The notes beneath the pieces were generated by a model, which was not told the origin of the DNA, searched no databases, and saw only the letters and a list, made by a program, of their open reading frames with translations. The position numbers and the translations under genes were made by a program. A stretch of 64,000 nucleotides of DNA from Candidatus Cloacimonadota bacterium (GTDB lineage: Bacteria; Cloacimonadota; Cloacimonadia; G963667145), in the NCBI GenBank assembly GCA_963676615.1, contig OY781092.1, positions 973,745 through 1,037,744 of the forward strand. The letters run 5' to 3'. Within the stretch, counting starts at the first letter, position 1. Every line of letters starts with the position of its first letter. Of the stretch, positions 37,941 to 47,255 are shown piece by piece.

Positions 37941-38801
37941 TCAAAACACTATTTTTGGCTGAACTTTTCCTTGTTCAGTCCAAGCTACACCCACAAATTC
38001 TTCGTTGTGGTAAATTTTTGTAAAGCCATTTTTTGCTCTTTCTTCTTCCCAAAAATTGCCGTGACAAAATCTTTCAAACAGAGCGTCGTCAATCTGCAAA
38101 GCGGGAAAATCTTGCAGCAAAACATCCGCCGAAAGCACTCGGGAACGCAAAAATTCGCCACTAGTTTGCTGATCAATCTGCACGCAATCGTCTATCCCAA
38201 AACCTGCACACTCCACACGCCGCAGCGCTTGCGTCGTGCCCACGACACCCAAAAGCTGGCTAATATCCTGACTGAGCGTCCGAATATATGTCCCTTTGGA
38301 AACTTTGGCTTCGTAGCTCATGAGCCTTCCGTCAAAATCTTTTATCGTAAAATTGGAAATTTTTATCGCTCGCGGTTTCATCGCAGGGGAAGCTCCCGCT
38401 CTTGCCAAGGCGTAAGCCCTTTTGCCATCGACTTTTATCGCCGAATAAATCGGAGGAATTTGCGAGGTCATCCCCAAAACTTTTTCCGCCAAATCGGCGC
38501 TCAAACCCTTGGGCAAATCGCTGATTGCAATCACCTTGCCCGTGATGTCCGCCGTGTCAGTTTTTTGCCCGAACAAAATCGTCGCCTGATAGCGTTTGTC
38601 CTGCACCGACACGAACCTCGCAAGGCGTGTGGCTCTGCCCAGCAACACCACCAGCACGCCCGTGGCAAAATTGTCCAGCGTTCCGCAATGCCCCACTTTT
38701 TTTATGCCCAAAATTCGCCGTATTTGCGCGATAACCCCAAACGAGCTGATTCCCGCGGGTTTATCCACCAAAAGCACGCCACTCAAAGAGCTTGCCTGCA
38801 T
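37941..38801 (-). CDS. truB: tRNA pseudouridine(55) synthase
   Basis: It has GVLLVDKPAGISSF ... GHCGTLD (catalytic Asp). The start is chosen at an internal Met. Confidence 0.85.
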   Translation of the reverse strand: MQASSLSGVLLVDKPAGISSFGVIAQIRRILGIKKVGHCGTLDNFATGVLVVLLGRATRLARFVSVQDKRYQATILFGQKTDTADITGKVIAISDLPKGLSADLAEKVLGMTSQIPPIYSAIKVDGKRAYALARAGASPAMKPRAIKISNFTIKDFDGRLMSYEAKVSKGTYIRTLSQDISQLLGVVGTTQALRRVECAGFGIDDCVQIDQQTSGEFLRSRVLSADVLLQDFPALQIDDALFERFCHGNFWEEERAKNGFTKIYHNEEFVGVAWTEQGKVQPKIVF

Positions 38802-39730
38802 AGCGCCAACACTTCCTTTTCGATTTCGTGCCGCTTGCCACAAACCTCACAACCAGCAGCCAAGCGGTGACCACCTCCGCCAAATTTTTGGCAAACAGCC
38901 TGCACATCCGCCACTTTCGAGCGAAAACTGAGCTTATACACGCCCGGTTCCTTCTGCTTAAACATCACAATTATCTGATAATCGCCCAGCTGCTTGAGCC
39001 TGCTGACGGCAGACGGCAACTCCTCATACGCAAATCCAAACCGTTCCTGTAGCTCCAAATCGCTATGAGCAAACACAATTTTTCCGCTCTCAAACTCTTT
39101 CAAATCGGCATAAACCGCCGCCAAATACCGAAACTCGGAAACTTTCATCTGGCAAAAAAAATCTTCGTAAGCTTGCCCAGCGTTCAATCCAAAATCGAGC
39201 AACGCCGCACAAACCGCAAAACATTCAGCGTCCACATTCCGATTCTGAAAACCGTCTGTGTCGCCCAAAATCGTATAGTAAATCGCCCGCGCAAACCTCG
39301 CCCGCTCCGTCTGCGGCAAAGCTTCGACCAACTTCTGACAATGCCGAAAAATCAAAATCCCAGCGCTGGCGGCACAAGGCTCAATAATCTCCTGCGCAGT
39401 CGGCAATTTGTCCGCGCCAACTTGATGATGATCGATCACAAAAATCTCTTTGTCGAAATCGCCGACAAACTTTTCCCACTTGCCAAGGCGCGACTTTTGG
39501 TGCGCATCCACCACCACCAAAGCGTCGAAATTGCAGGAGCTGATATCCACCTGCTCATAGCCAAACTCCAAAAACGCCAAACTTTGCGGCGGAGCCTCCA
39601 GCATCACCTTCGCCTTGCTTTTGCCCAGCACCATCTGCAAAGCAAAACAAGAGCCCAAAGCGTCCGCATCTGGATTTTGATGCGTAAATATCCCTATTTG
39701 CTTATATTTCAACAGATTATCGACAATCAT
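38783..39730 (-). CDS. nrnA: Bifunctional oligoribonuclease / pAp phosphatase NrnA (DHH-DHHA1)
   Basis: It has the DHH motifs HQNPDADALGS and DHH, and a DHHA1 GGGH near the C-terminus. The start is chosen at an internal Met. Confidence 0.8.
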   Translation of the reverse strand: MIVDNLLKYKQIGIFTHQNPDADALGSCFALQMVLGKSKAKVMLEAPPQSLAFLEFGYEQVDISSCNFDALVVVDAHQKSRLGKWEKFVGDFDKEIFVIDHHQVGADKLPTAQEIIEPCAASAGILIFRHCQKLVEALPQTERARFARAIYYTILGDTDGFQNRNVDAECFAVCAALLDFGLNAGQAYEDFFCQMKVSEFRYLAAVYADLKEFESGKIVFAHSDLELQERFGFAYEELPSAVSRLKQLGDYQIIVMFKQKEPGVYKLSFRSKVADVQAVCQKFGGGGHRLAAGCEVCGKRHEIEKEVLALCRQAL

Positions 39731-40283
39731 TCCACGCCTTTTGCACTTTAGCAAAATCGAGCAAACCCTCTCGCACGCAAAAAAGCTCGCCCGCTTCAAC
39801 CTTCACCACCGTAGATGGCGTGCCAGCCGCTTCTACAACGCCTTTTGGCACCCAATCTTCGTCGAACCAATCTCCAAATTTCTGCAAAATTTGCTCATAA
39901 TTTTGCAGCGGCTGCTCACCCGAACGGTTGACGCTGGTGCTCACCACCGCCCTCTTTTGCAAAAACTCCCGCAAGACCCTATCCTGCGGCACCCTAAAAG
40001 CGACAAAACCGTCTTGCGCCAGATGCGGCAAATTTGCACACGGCAAAATCACCGTTAATTTTCCCGGCCAAAATTTCGCCAAAAAACGCTCCAACCGCCC
40101 ATCAACACGAGTATAATCGCCCAATTTCGCAAGGCTAGACAGCAGCACAATAAAAGCTTTCCCCTGTCCTCTTCGCTTGAGCCGATCGATTTTTTGCAAA
40201 GACGCCAAATCGCCTATCGGAGCCCCAACACCGAACATATAGCCCGTGAAATGCAAATTTATTTTCGACATCGCAAAACTCAT
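39717..40283 (-). CDS. tsaC: L-threonylcarbamoyladenylate synthase (YrdC/TsaC domain)
   Basis: It shows the YrdC fold pattern ... KRRGQGKAFIVLL ... VSTSVNRSGEQP. Confidence 0.7.
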   Translation of the reverse strand: MSFAMSKINLHFTGYMFGVGAPIGDLASLQKIDRLKRRGQGKAFIVLLSSLAKLGDYTRVDGRLERFLAKFWPGKLTVILPCANLPHLAQDGFVAFRVPQDRVLREFLQKRAVVSTSVNRSGEQPLQNYEQILQKFGDWFDEDWVPKGVVEAAGTPSTVVKVEAGELFCVREGLLDFAKVQKAWNDCR

Positions 40284-40286
40284 TCC

Positions 40287-41309
40287 CTAAAAAAACGACC
40301 GCGGATCGACCGACTCTTTCAAATCTTTACGAAGCTCAAAATGAATCATATCCGAATGCAGTCGCGCCAAATTTTGCCCGCGCTTCACCTTGCTACGCAG
40401 CTCCGCCAAAGTGCTGCCCTTATACACATACACGCTAATATAGCCGTTGCGATGATCCACCACCAGGCACTTTTTATTCCCGATGCGAGTGTAATCTGCC
40501 ACCACTCCGTCGTCCACAGCTATGCAAAAATCGTCGTGGGTCTTGATGTCCAGCCCGCTTCGCCGCAAATCGTTCTCCACAATTTCGCCCTTGACTGGCC
40601 ACAAAATATTCCCAGTGCTGAACTCATACGAATAGCCAGAAATCTGCCGCTCCAGCTTCAAATTTGCGATAATCTTCTCCAGCTTGTCTCGCTCCTCCTG
40701 CAAAAAAGCCAGCTTCTTGCTAACCTCTTTCTCCTTCTTTTTGCTCTCCGCCAAATTTTTGCTCACCGCCGAAGTCACATACCGCGAAAACGAAATATTT
40801 TTCTGCTCCTTCCGCCGCTTCTCCTCAATCTCCCTTATCTGCTTATTCAAACTCACCGTATTATTTTTCAGCTTCAGATTTTTCTGGCTATACTGCTCCA
40901 CCTTCTCATCCGAGGCACGCACCAACGAGCTCAACACATTCGAACTAATGGGCTCCTCCTCGATATACTCCGCCTCAAAAAGCCGTATAAACGACTGAAC
41001 ATACAGCCCCTTAATCTCCTCAATCTTCGTCTTCAGCGCCTGAATTTGCTCGTTAAGCTTCCTCTTCTCCAAACTTTTGCCAGAATATTTACTCTCCAAA
41101 AACTTCATCCGCGACTGCGCATTTTTCAGCTTCTTATTATAAACCTCAATCTTCTTTGAATACTGACTCTGCTCCGAGCGAATCTCATCGATTTTGTGCT
41201 TCTGCTGCTCAATCTCCTCCAGCACCATATCCAGCTTCTGCTCCTGCCCAGCGTAAGCAAAACCAATCGCCGCAAAAAGCAACCCAAAAACTAAAGCTCG
41301 TTTATCCAT
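40287..41309 (-). CDS. Coiled-coil M23 peptidase-domain protein (EnvC-like activator/peptidase)
   Basis: It has a signal peptide, a long heptad coiled-coil, and a C-terminal M23-like domain (GLDIKTHDD ... VDHRNGYISVY). Confidence 0.7.
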   Translation of the reverse strand: MDKRALVFGLLFAAIGFAYAGQEQKLDMVLEEIEQQKHKIDEIRSEQSQYSKKIEVYNKKLKNAQSRMKFLESKYSGKSLEKRKLNEQIQALKTKIEEIKGLYVQSFIRLFEAEYIEEEPISSNVLSSLVRASDEKVEQYSQKNLKLKNNTVSLNKQIREIEEKRRKEQKNISFSRYVTSAVSKNLAESKKKEKEVSKKLAFLQEERDKLEKIIANLKLERQISGYSYEFSTGNILWPVKGEIVENDLRRSGLDIKTHDDFCIAVDDGVVADYTRIGNKKCLVVDHRNGYISVYVYKGSTLAELRSKVKRGQNLARLHSDMIHFELRKDLKESVDPRSFF

Positions 41310-41878
41310 TCCAGCACCTTACTCACGCCCTTTTTGCTCTTGGAAGAAAACGGCACCACCGCAAAAGGAAAATTTTTCTTGCAAATCGACGCAACCTTAC
41401 TAACGCCCAGCTTATCGCTCTTGGTCGCCACCACCAAATACGGAATCTTCTGCTCCTGCAGCATCTGCTGCATCAGTTCGTCCTTAAAATCCAGTTTGTG
41501 CCGAATATCCACCAGCAGCAACACCCCCAAAAGTTGCGGACGCCCAGCCAAATACGCCTGAATCATCCGCCGCCAACTCTCCTTCTCCTGCAAATTCACC
41601 TTGGCATAGCCATACCCCGGCAAATCCACAAAACTCAGCTCGCCCTTCTGCTCCTGCGCATCGTCCTTCACACCAACACGAAAAAAATTTATCAGCTGAG
41701 TTTTACCCGGCCTTCCCGAAGTTTTCGCCAGTAGCTTCCTGCCCAAAATCGCGTTAATCATCGACGACTTTCCCACATTCGAGCGACCCACAAAAGCCAC
41801 CTCTTTGCAGCTCACAGGCGGATATCCCTGCGGCTTTGTCGCACTTTTCACAAACTCAGACTCTATTACTCTTATCAA
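41291..41878 (-). CDS. engB: Ribosome-biogenesis GTPase EngB/YihA
   Basis: It has G1 GRSNVGKSS, G3 DLPGYG and G4 TKSD. Confidence 0.85.
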   Translation of the reverse strand: MIRVIESEFVKSATKPQGYPPVSCKEVAFVGRSNVGKSSMINAILGRKLLAKTSGRPGKTQLINFFRVGVKDDAQEQKGELSFVDLPGYGYAKVNLQEKESWRRMIQAYLAGRPQLLGVLLLVDIRHKLDFKDELMQQMLQEQKIPYLVVATKSDKLGVSKVASICKKNFPFAVVPFSSKSKKGVSKVLEWINEL

Positions 41879-42046
41879 AATCTAACCCACTTTAATCTAT
41901 AAATTTCGCCCAAAAAATCAAGCAAAACCAACATTTAGCAAATTGACCAAGTGTCAAAAAAAATCAAAATTTACTTGCTCAAAAAAGCGTTTTTTTTTCT
42001 TTGCGAAAAAAAATGAACTACTAACTTCATAAAAAACAAAGGAAGT

Positions 42047-42826
42047 ATGGTCACACAACACAAACCTGCGCTCTTTTTTCTACTTTTGATAATTGGCTTA
42101 TTTTGCAACAAGTTACACTCGATCGAAATAAACATCTCGCCCATTCAGGCAAATCTGCTCTCGCAGCGAATTTTCATCAACGAAACCGACCAACGCCACG
42201 CAAAACTTTTGCAATGGAACAAAGAAGAAAACTTCCTCTCACTGGGCATCGCCCACTTTATTTGGTATCCAAAAGAGCAAAAGCAAAATTTTGTGGAAAG
42301 CTTCCCTTTATTTCTAACCTACCTAAAAAACAGCGGCTACACCTTGCCAGAATGGCTATCCGACACCAGCGCTTGCCCTTGGCAAACCGAAGAAGATTTT
42401 TATACCGACGAGAACTCCCCACAAAAAAAGCAGCTCTACTCGTTTTTACAAGATTGCAAACAACAACAAACGCAATTCCTCGTCAGCCGCTTGCAGCAAG
42501 CAATTCCCAAGATTGTGCAAGCCAGCTCGCAAAAAGAAAAAGTTGCAGACAACATCAAAAAACTCGCCAAATCGATGAACGGCGTTTACGCGATGCTGGA
42601 CTATGTCAACTTCAAAGGCGAGGGGCTAGACCCCAAAGAGTCCTACGGCGGCAACTGCTGGGGCTTGCTACAGGTCTTGGAAAATATGCAAGACTCAACG
42701 CTCTCGCCCGCTCACGATTTTGCTAACGCTGCCAAAAAAATCCTCAAGCGCAGGACAAAGCTCGCACCGCACGAAAAAAACTGGCTGGCTGGCTGGAATA
42801 AACGCCTAGAAACCTATTATGAGTAA
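42047..42826 (+). CDS. Hypothetical exported protein
   Basis: It has an N-terminal signal sequence. It overlaps the downstream lipid A acyltransferase gene by 8 nt, which suggests an operon. No family is recognised. Confidence 0.4.
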   Translation: MVTQHKPALFFLLLIIGLFCNKLHSIEINISPIQANLLSQRIFINETDQRHAKLLQWNKEENFLSLGIAHFIWYPKEQKQNFVESFPLFLTYLKNSGYTLPEWLSDTSACPWQTEEDFYTDENSPQKKQLYSFLQDCKQQQTQFLVSRLQQAIPKIVQASSQKEKVADNIKKLAKSMNGVYAMLDYVNFKGEGLDPKESYGGNCWGLLQVLENMQDSTLSPAHDFANAAKKILKRRTKLAPHEKNWLAGWNKRLETYYE

Positions 42827-43664
42827 AAAAAGCAAAAACTTTTGGGAATATTTAGGGTTTCTGACTTTTCGCACTCTGCTAGCGCCACTTCCCAGTTTTT
42901 TGCAAAAATTCATTCTCGTGCGACTCGTCTTGCTCATCAAAATTCGCAAAAAGCTTGTCATAAAACAGCTCAAAATGGTTTTCCCCAAAAAAAGCGACCA
43001 ACAAATTTCGGCTCTTTGCCGAGAAATTTATCGCAATTTGGCACTTTTTGCCCACGAATTTTTCTTCTGTAATCAAAAAAAACTTCTCAAAAATTTTGAA
43101 ATCGAAGGGCTGGAAAGCCTGCAACATTCCCTATCGCAGCACAAAGGCGTGATTTATCCAAACCTGCACATCGGCAACTGGGAAATCGGGATGAAATATA
43201 TGGTCGAGAAGATGAATCTGCCCATAAACGCCCTTGCCAAAAGGATACGCAACCCGCATCTTGACGATTATATCGAAAAAATCCGCCGCAAAAATGGCGT
43301 AACAACAATTTTCTTGGAAAACGCATTTCGGGGCACTCTCGCCGCTCTGAAAAACGACGAGGGCATCGGCATTATGATCGACCAAAACGCCCGCAAAGTC
43401 GGACTAAAACAAGACTGGCTCGGGCATCCAGCTTCGGTCTTTCAGGGACCAGCCAAATTCGCCATAAAATCGGGAGCGATGATTCAGCCCATAATCTGCA
43501 TCAGAACAAAAAACGGGTTCAAAGTTATCGCCGAAGAGCCAATCGACGGCAGCCTCTACACCAAAAACCAAATCCCAGAACTAACAAAAAAAATCTGCAA
43601 CTCGCTAGAAAAGCAAATTTTGAAATACCCCGAACAGTGGTTTTGGATGCACAAAAGATGGTGA
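42819..43664 (+). CDS. Lipid A biosynthesis late acyltransferase (LpxL/HtrB family)
   Basis: It has an N-terminal TM helix and the HxxxxD-type acyltransferase motif (NLHIGNWEIG). It is the size of LpxL. Confidence 0.7.
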   Translation: MSKKSKNFWEYLGFLTFRTLLAPLPSFLQKFILVRLVLLIKIRKKLVIKQLKMVFPKKSDQQISALCREIYRNLALFAHEFFFCNQKKLLKNFEIEGLESLQHSLSQHKGVIYPNLHIGNWEIGMKYMVEKMNLPINALAKRIRNPHLDDYIEKIRRKNGVTTIFLENAFRGTLAALKNDEGIGIMIDQNARKVGLKQDWLGHPASVFQGPAKFAIKSGAMIQPIICIRTKNGFKVIAEEPIDGSLYTKNQIPELTKKICNSLEKQILKYPEQWFWMHKRW

Positions 43665-43747
43665 GATAGGAAACTTTGCAAGAACCAAAATCTAAAATTT
43701 TATCAAAATTAAAAACAACAAAAAAATCGAAATTTTAAGGAGAAATT

Positions 43748-44353
43748 ATGGTCGAAATCATCGCCTGGACGACAGAACACGCCATCGAAATCTTTGCGGC
43801 ACTCAGTGGCATACTTTTTTTGTATTTGGAAATTAAAGAAAATATTTGGCTCTGGCCGATTGGCATAATCTCCTCAGCTTTATACATTTATGTCTATTTC
43901 GACAGCAAATTTTACGCCGATATGGGCTTGCAAGTTTACTATCTGCTGATCAGCGTTTACGGCTGGATTTTGTGGTTCAAAGGCGCCGAAACCTCCAAAA
44001 ACGACCATCTGCCCATCGTCAAAGCGACCAAAACACAAGCCGTTTGGCTCACTGTCGCCTCGATTTTCACCTTCGTCCTCATAAAATGGATTTTGGTCAA
44101 ATTCACCGACTCGCCAGTGCCGACAGGCGACGCCATAACCACCGCTCTATCAATCGTTGCCACCTGGATGCTCGCCAAAAAAATCATCGAGCAATGGTGG
44201 ATTTGGATTTTCGTCAACCTCCTGTCGCTGGGGCTATATCTATACAAAGGGCTCTATCCGACCTCGGTCTTGTTCGTTTTTTACACGCTGGGCGCAGTCG
44301 TCGGTTACTTCCAATGGAAAAAAAGTTTCGCGCATCAGGTAAGTGATGAATAA
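43748..44353 (+). CDS. PnuC-family transporter (likely a thiamine-type PnuT, given the neighbouring gene)
   Basis: It has PnuC-like repeats with conserved Trp residues (W ... WLWPIG ... YGWILW). Its stop overlaps the TPK gene. Confidence 0.7.
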   Translation: MVEIIAWTTEHAIEIFAALSGILFLYLEIKENIWLWPIGIISSALYIYVYFDSKFYADMGLQVYYLLISVYGWILWFKGAETSKNDHLPIVKATKTQAVWLTVASIFTFVLIKWILVKFTDSPVPTGDAITTALSIVATWMLAKKIIEQWWIWIFVNLLSLGLYLYKGLYPTSVLFVFYTLGAVVGYFQWKKSFAHQVSDE

Positions 44354-44966
44354 ACAAGCAGTTATCGTTGCCGACGGAGAATTTCCGACTCACAAAATTC
44401 CCCTAGAAGCAATCAAAGCAGCAAAATTCCTCGTCTGCTGCGACGGCGCAATAAACCAGCTAGACGCCAGAAAAATTGTCCCCGATTTAATCGTCGGGGA
44501 TTTAGACTCGGCAGACCCAAAATTGCTCGACAAATACAAAACAAAAACTTGCAAAAGCGACTGCCAAGACACAAACGACCTAACCAAAGCGGTGAACTGG
44601 CTATTGGACAAAAATTTTGAGGAAATCGTCATCGTCGGCGCTTGCGGAAAGCGCGAAGACCACACCTTGGGCAACTTCTCGCTCCTGTTCGACTATTGCC
44701 AAAAAATCAAAGTGAGTATGCTCACCGACCACGGCAAATTCTCCACCGCCACCAAATCTACCACATTCGAGAGCTTCGCAGGGCAACAGGTCAGCATCTT
44801 TTCCATAAACCAAACGCTGAAAATCACATCCGAAAACCTAAAATATCCGCTGCGAAAAACCGCACTTTCCTCACTTTGGTGCGGCACACTCAACGAATCC
44901 ACCGCAGAAAATTTCACCCTCTTATTCGATGAGAGCGGTCAAATCGTGGTGTATCAGCTGTTTTAG
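44346..44966 (+). CDS. Thiamine pyrophosphokinase
   Basis: It begins AVIVADGEF, then CCDGAIN, then LIVGDLDS (the TPK catalytic motif), with a C-terminal thiamine-binding beta domain. Confidence 0.75.
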   Translation: MNKQAVIVADGEFPTHKIPLEAIKAAKFLVCCDGAINQLDARKIVPDLIVGDLDSADPKLLDKYKTKTCKSDCQDTNDLTKAVNWLLDKNFEEIVIVGACGKREDHTLGNFSLLFDYCQKIKVSMLTDHGKFSTATKSTTFESFAGQQVSIFSINQTLKITSENLKYPLRKTALSSLWCGTLNESTAENFTLLFDESGQIVVYQLF

Positions 44967-45127
44967 TTGCCTTTTTCGATGATATAACACTTCGCTAGTT
45001 GTCATAGCTCGCTCGATTAAGCAATTTTACGCTTTCCGATTTGAGTTTTTATTACCTGCCTCTTTCCAGCTAAGCGCGAGCAGGGAAGAGAAACGGCGTG
45101 AAATCATCAATCATCAATTGTAATTTA

Positions 45128-45460
45128 TCAATTATTCTGCAGTGCCTCGATTTTCCCGCTGAGCTCCACCGCTTTTTCCGTCGTATCATCGTAAATAAAC
45201 TTCAAATTTGGAATCCTGCGAATCGTCTTCAGGCTCGCCAGCTCGCCCTTAAACACGCCCGCGCTTTTTTTCAGATGCGACAACACATCCCCCTTTTTCA
45301 CCTTCGGATCAAAACACGACACAAAAACATTCGCCAGAGACAAATCTTTGGCAATCTTCACATCGTTAATATTCACAAACTGCAAAATCGGGTCGTCGAT
45401 ATTTTTTCGCAAAATCGCGCTAAAAATCTTAAACAACTTCATCTCCAACTTTCGAGTCAT
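45128..45460 (-). CDS. rbfA: Ribosome-binding factor A
   Basis: It has the KH-like RbfA pattern IFSAILRKNIDDP ... VKIAKDLSLANVFVS ... ELASL. Confidence 0.75.
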   Translation of the reverse strand: MTRKLEMKLFKIFSAILRKNIDDPILQFVNINDVKIAKDLSLANVFVSCFDPKVKKGDVLSHLKKSAGVFKGELASLKTIRRIPNLKFIYDDTTEKAVELSGKIEALQNN

Positions 45461-45500
45461 TTCCTACACTCTCCTTTTTCAAAAAAAAAATAGTTACAAA

Positions 45501-45533
45501 TAAAAAAAGCAAACTCGCTAATACAAGTTTGCC
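45501..45533 (-). terminator. Rho-independent terminator downstream of rplU-rpmA
   Basis: On the minus strand a hairpin GGCAAACT ... AGTTTGC is followed by a U-run. Confidence 0.5.
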
Positions 45534-45553
45534 TTAATATAAAAAAAATCAAG

Positions 45554-45802
45554 TTACACTACATTCACGAACTTCCGTCCATTTCTGCCAGTAGTGAACA
45601 AAACATTTCCGTCAACCAAACTAAAAATCGTGTGATCTTTGCCCAGACCAACATTTTTGCCTACCTTAAACTTCGTGCCTCTTTGGCGAACGATAATATT
45701 TCCCGCAATCACGCTCTCGCCACCATATTTTTTCACACCCAAATACTTAGGATTACTATCTCTACCGTTCTTGGACGAACCGACGCCTTTCTTATGTGCC
45801 AT
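45554..45802 (-). CDS. rpmA: 50S ribosomal protein L27
   Basis: The sequence [24 protein letters not shown] is a near-canonical L27. Confidence 0.9.
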   Translation of the reverse strand: MAHKKGVGSSKNGRDSNPKYLGVKKYGGESVIAGNIIVRQRGTKFKVGKNVGLGKDHTIFSLVDGNVLFTTGRNGRKFVNVV

Positions 45803-45805
45803 TGG

Positions 45806-46123
45806 TTAGCTCCTTACAATATCATTTACTTTAATCTCGGTGAAATCCTGTCTGTGACCTTGTTTTCTCTTGTAACCTTTTCTTCTCTTCTTTTTGAAAA
45901 CAATCACTTTCTTATCTTTCTTATGAGCCAGCACCTCAATATCCACCTTAGTGCCGCTCACAGTGGGAGTTCCCAAAACTACATCGTTTTCATCTTTGAA
46001 AAAAATCACACTCTCCAAACTCATCTTAGCGCCAACCTCTGCATCGCTCAAAAACGGCACTTTGACAACCTTATCTTTTTCAGCCTTAAACTGCATACCC
46101 TTAAAATCCACTATCGCATACAT
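45806..46123 (-). CDS. rplU: 50S ribosomal protein L21
   Basis: It begins [13 protein letters not shown] and has a basic C-terminus. Confidence 0.9.
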   Translation of the reverse strand: MYAIVDFKGMQFKAEKDKVVKVPFLSDAEVGAKMSLESVIFFKDENDVVLGTPTVSGTKVDIEVLAHKKDKKVIVFKKKRRKGYKRKQGHRQDFTEIKVNDIVRS

Positions 46124-46194
46124 CGCTAGTCTCCTGTTTACCTATTTCAACTTAATAAACGCTAATATTTTGTCTGCCTCTTTGTTGTCAACCC

Positions 46195-46776
46195 TTAACT
46201 TTCAACTTCAGCTTTCTCCTGCTTAATTTGCAAATACAACTGCGTCAAAGCTTGGTTAAAATACGGCAAACTCCACAAAAATCCGATGCCAAAAGTCATA
46301 CAACTCAACAAAAACCAACCAAAAAATCTCCAAAACAGACGAAAAATCTGCCACTTATGCCCCCGAGTCAGCTTTTTACTTTTCGCAATAATCTCCATAG
46401 CCAAAAGATCAGGCTCGTCCGCGGCTATCAGATACACAAACGAATAGCTAAACAAAGCGATAATTCCCGGGATTATCAATAAAAGCGACCACAAAAAAAC
46501 AAAAATCACCAAAAGCAAATACAGCAAAAAAGTTTCCAAAAAAATCTTGAACCCCGAAAACAAATCACCCAGCTGAGTCTCCTGCTTTCTGGCGATTTTT
46601 AGCGAAATCGAAGAAAAACCAACTCCCATTGCCACAGAAATCAAACAATTTCCGATAAAAGTAAAAGACGCGCCGCCAATCACAACATAATAAATCAGCG
46701 CAACCAGCACCATAAAACTCCACTTCCCCCGCAAATTCTCTCTCGCCAAACGAGTTATCTCACTATTCTTCACCAT
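46195..46776 (-). CDS. DUF975-family integral membrane protein
   Basis: It begins MVKNSEITRLARENLRGKW and has four or more TM helices. The start is chosen at an internal Met. Confidence 0.5.
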   Translation of the reverse strand: MVKNSEITRLARENLRGKWSFMVLVALIYYVVIGGASFTFIGNCLISVAMGVGFSSISLKIARKQETQLGDLFSGFKIFLETFLLYLLLVIFVFLWSLLLIIPGIIALFSYSFVYLIAADEPDLLAMEIIAKSKKLTRGHKWQIFRLFWRFFGWFLLSCMTFGIGFLWSLPYFNQALTQLYLQIKQEKAEVES

Positions 46777-46796
46777 TTTCACCTCCAATGTCTCCT

Positions 46797-47246
46797 TTAT
46801 TTTTGAACTCTCTCCACTTGCTCCAGCTGCCGAGCTGACCAATTATTTTTGCAAGCCTCTTCGATGTAATAAGTTCGCCTATCCTCGTCAACAATGCGTA
46901 TAAGCTGCTTGTATTGCGTCCAATTCAATTGCGCACGCACCTCGTGCGCAATTGGAAAAGCCTTATAAAACTGACGACTCATCTCCAGCTGACGAACGCT
47001 AAAACCGCTACCAAAATCTTTGCTCAATTCCGCAGAAAGATGCTTTATCAAAAAAGCGCCATACTCCGCTCTCTCCCGCTCATTCTGCTCCTGCACAAAA
47101 ATCTTTTGCCCAATCTTCCAATACATCATCACCCGCGCAAAATCGATAGCACGCACCGCCTTTTGCTGAGCATTCGAGATAATCGATTTTATCTCCTGAA
47201 CAAACCCAGACGAAAAATTTTTCCTCGTTTCAATCTCCATCGTCAA
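46797..47246 (-). CDS. DUF1016 (YhcG-like) N-terminal domain protein, apparently lacking the C-terminal PD-(D/E)xK nuclease domain
   Basis: It has AVRAIDFARVMMYWKIGQKI ... GFSVRQLEMSRQFY ... NWSARQLE, the YhcG N-terminal pattern. It is only 149 aa. Confidence 0.5.
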   Translation of the reverse strand: MTMEIETRKNFSSGFVQEIKSIISNAQQKAVRAIDFARVMMYWKIGQKIFVQEQNERERAEYGAFLIKHLSAELSKDFGSGFSVRQLEMSRQFYKAFPIAHEVRAQLNWTQYKQLIRIVDEDRRTYYIEEACKNNWSARQLEQVERVQK

Positions 47247-47255
47247 CTAAAAATT

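Noticed and set aside
38828-39052. Assorted 60-120-aa ORFs in the track antisense to truB, nrnA, tsaC, hflK, pyrG and the hydrogenase genes
   Set aside because: All overlap genes with strong family signatures and have no start context or recognisable motifs. They are treated as spurious.
43665-43747. Possible TPP riboswitch upstream of the PnuC-like gene
   Set aside because: The 83-bp leader is A-rich and lacks the conserved CUGAGA / ACCUGAUCUGGAUAAUGCCAGCGUAGGGAA-type thi-box elements.
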